Source of the DNA: the human T2T-CHM13v2.0 reference genome, Homo sapiens
Strand: one strand, 5' to 3'
Length of the DNA stretch: 64,000 nucleotides
NCBI RefSeq assembly: GCF_009914755.1
Contig: NC_060929.1
Below are positions 47,666 through 64,000 of this stretch, one piece after another (position 1 is the stretch's first letter; every line of letters begins with the position of its first letter). A program made the translations under genes and the position numbers. The notes under the pieces are model-generated. The model worked only from the letters and a program-made list of their open reading frames with translations. It did not search any database and was not told the origin of the DNA.

Positions 47666-48294
47666 TGTGATGTGCTTTGATTGTCATTTTTCCTTTGAAA
47701 AAATATTTCTGTGGTATCTATTCTGTGCAAGGCACAGATAAATACAACCCACATAGCACCTAGACAAAGAGATAACGATTTTAAGCACAACAGGAGCCTA
47801 AGAAAAATAGAATAAAGCAACAAAATTAAAAGAGCATTGCTTTTAGATCTCATGAGAGACCACACAGTTGTTACTTTTAATTGTTATAACAAAGGCCTAC
47901 AAATTTCTTTGGTTGCCAAAATCAGTCTTCAGAACTAAATTCCATTTCTGGGAGGACCTCAAGTGGTCCTGTTTTCCCTTGGAAAAAGCCCTAGGAAATG
48001 CTCAACATATCATCATATCACTTGCATTCAAGGTTGGATTCAAATGAAGGTCTTGGAGGCCCCAAGAATCTTACCTAGGTCAATTCTTCCTCAGGAAATT
48101 CCCCCTCAGGTCAATCCATAAAGTCATTATTAGTGTCCTGACTTAAAGCAGAAACCAATTCCTTGAACAAGGTGGGCACAGAAGGAAGAAAACTTCTGGG
48201 AGAGAGTGGCTTTAATTTCAACCAACCAAAGGAACAAAGATGCTTTGGAATGTTTTAGGCTGGCTAGTGATACTCCGCAGCAGAAAATAAACCA

Positions 48295-55632
<7,338 letters not shown>

Positions 55633-56149
55633 TAGATCTGAATTCTTAGTATGCCTCATTTTCCATGAACTGGATTATTTCAGGTTTTTGGTCTCCAGCC
55701 TAAAACTGCTGTTACTGCTGATACTTGCTCTCCAAATGTTAATCCCCTCCCTAGGAAGCTCCACATCCCTCCCAGTTTGTCTTCTCTCTGAGGTCCCTGT
55801 TAAATTTCTCTCACTCTATCTGCCTGTGCAAAAATGAGATAAAAATGAAATTTTCAACCATAATGTCCATCAAAGGAGGGTAGAGCCTGGTAAATAAAAG
55901 CCTTTTTGTTCTACTGAACATTTGGATGTGTTTGGATATGCAAAACGGGGGCCAGATCTTAGCCTGGAAGTAGACAGCAGTGAGAACTGCTGTGTTCTGT
56001 GTAAAGAATAAGAATTTGCATTTGGGGGCTGCAGTTCAGGAAGGAGAGGGTACTGAAATGATACAAGACCCAGGAGAGAAGAGAAACAATCTAGCCAGGG
56101 TGTTACTAAATACCTATATGAGTCAGAAGCCAATAGAAAAATTCCCTGG

Positions 56150-60123
<3,974 letters not shown>

Positions 60124-60124
60124 T

Positions 60125-64000
<3,876 letters not shown>

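Overview
This is primate (human-like) nuclear DNA. It is very Alu-rich (about 90 Alu/FLAM/FRAM copies or fragments by manual count), and I find no intact protein-coding gene, RNA gene or CpG island. Almost every ORF in the supplied track is a translation of Alu, L1, Tigger1, LTR or microsatellite sequence. Recognisable content: (i) three processed pseudogenes: COX6C (1875-2298, minus, with TSD), a very decayed RPL23A (37759-38197, minus), and RLIG1/C12orf29 RNA ligase (about 40686-42989, plus), copied from an mRNA that lacks the segment carrying catalytic Lys57; (ii) a complete but fragmented Tigger1 DNA transposon (7099-11995); (iii) a near full-length L1PB-type LINE (14913-22910) inserted into a FLAM and carrying an LTR10 solo LTR with an AP-1 motif array; (iv) older L1M pieces, MaLR/ERV solo LTRs, MIR/L2 and microsatellites, including (GGAA)16. 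Features not explained by ordinary repeat annotation are several short locally templated duplications and inversions, most notably a 130-bp non-Alu inverted repeat at 38726-39548. I see no evidence for a new biological system; the most interesting items are fossils of RNA processing, retrotransposition and DNA repair. Repeat subfamily names come from memory of consensus sequences and need RepeatMasker/Dfam confirmation.
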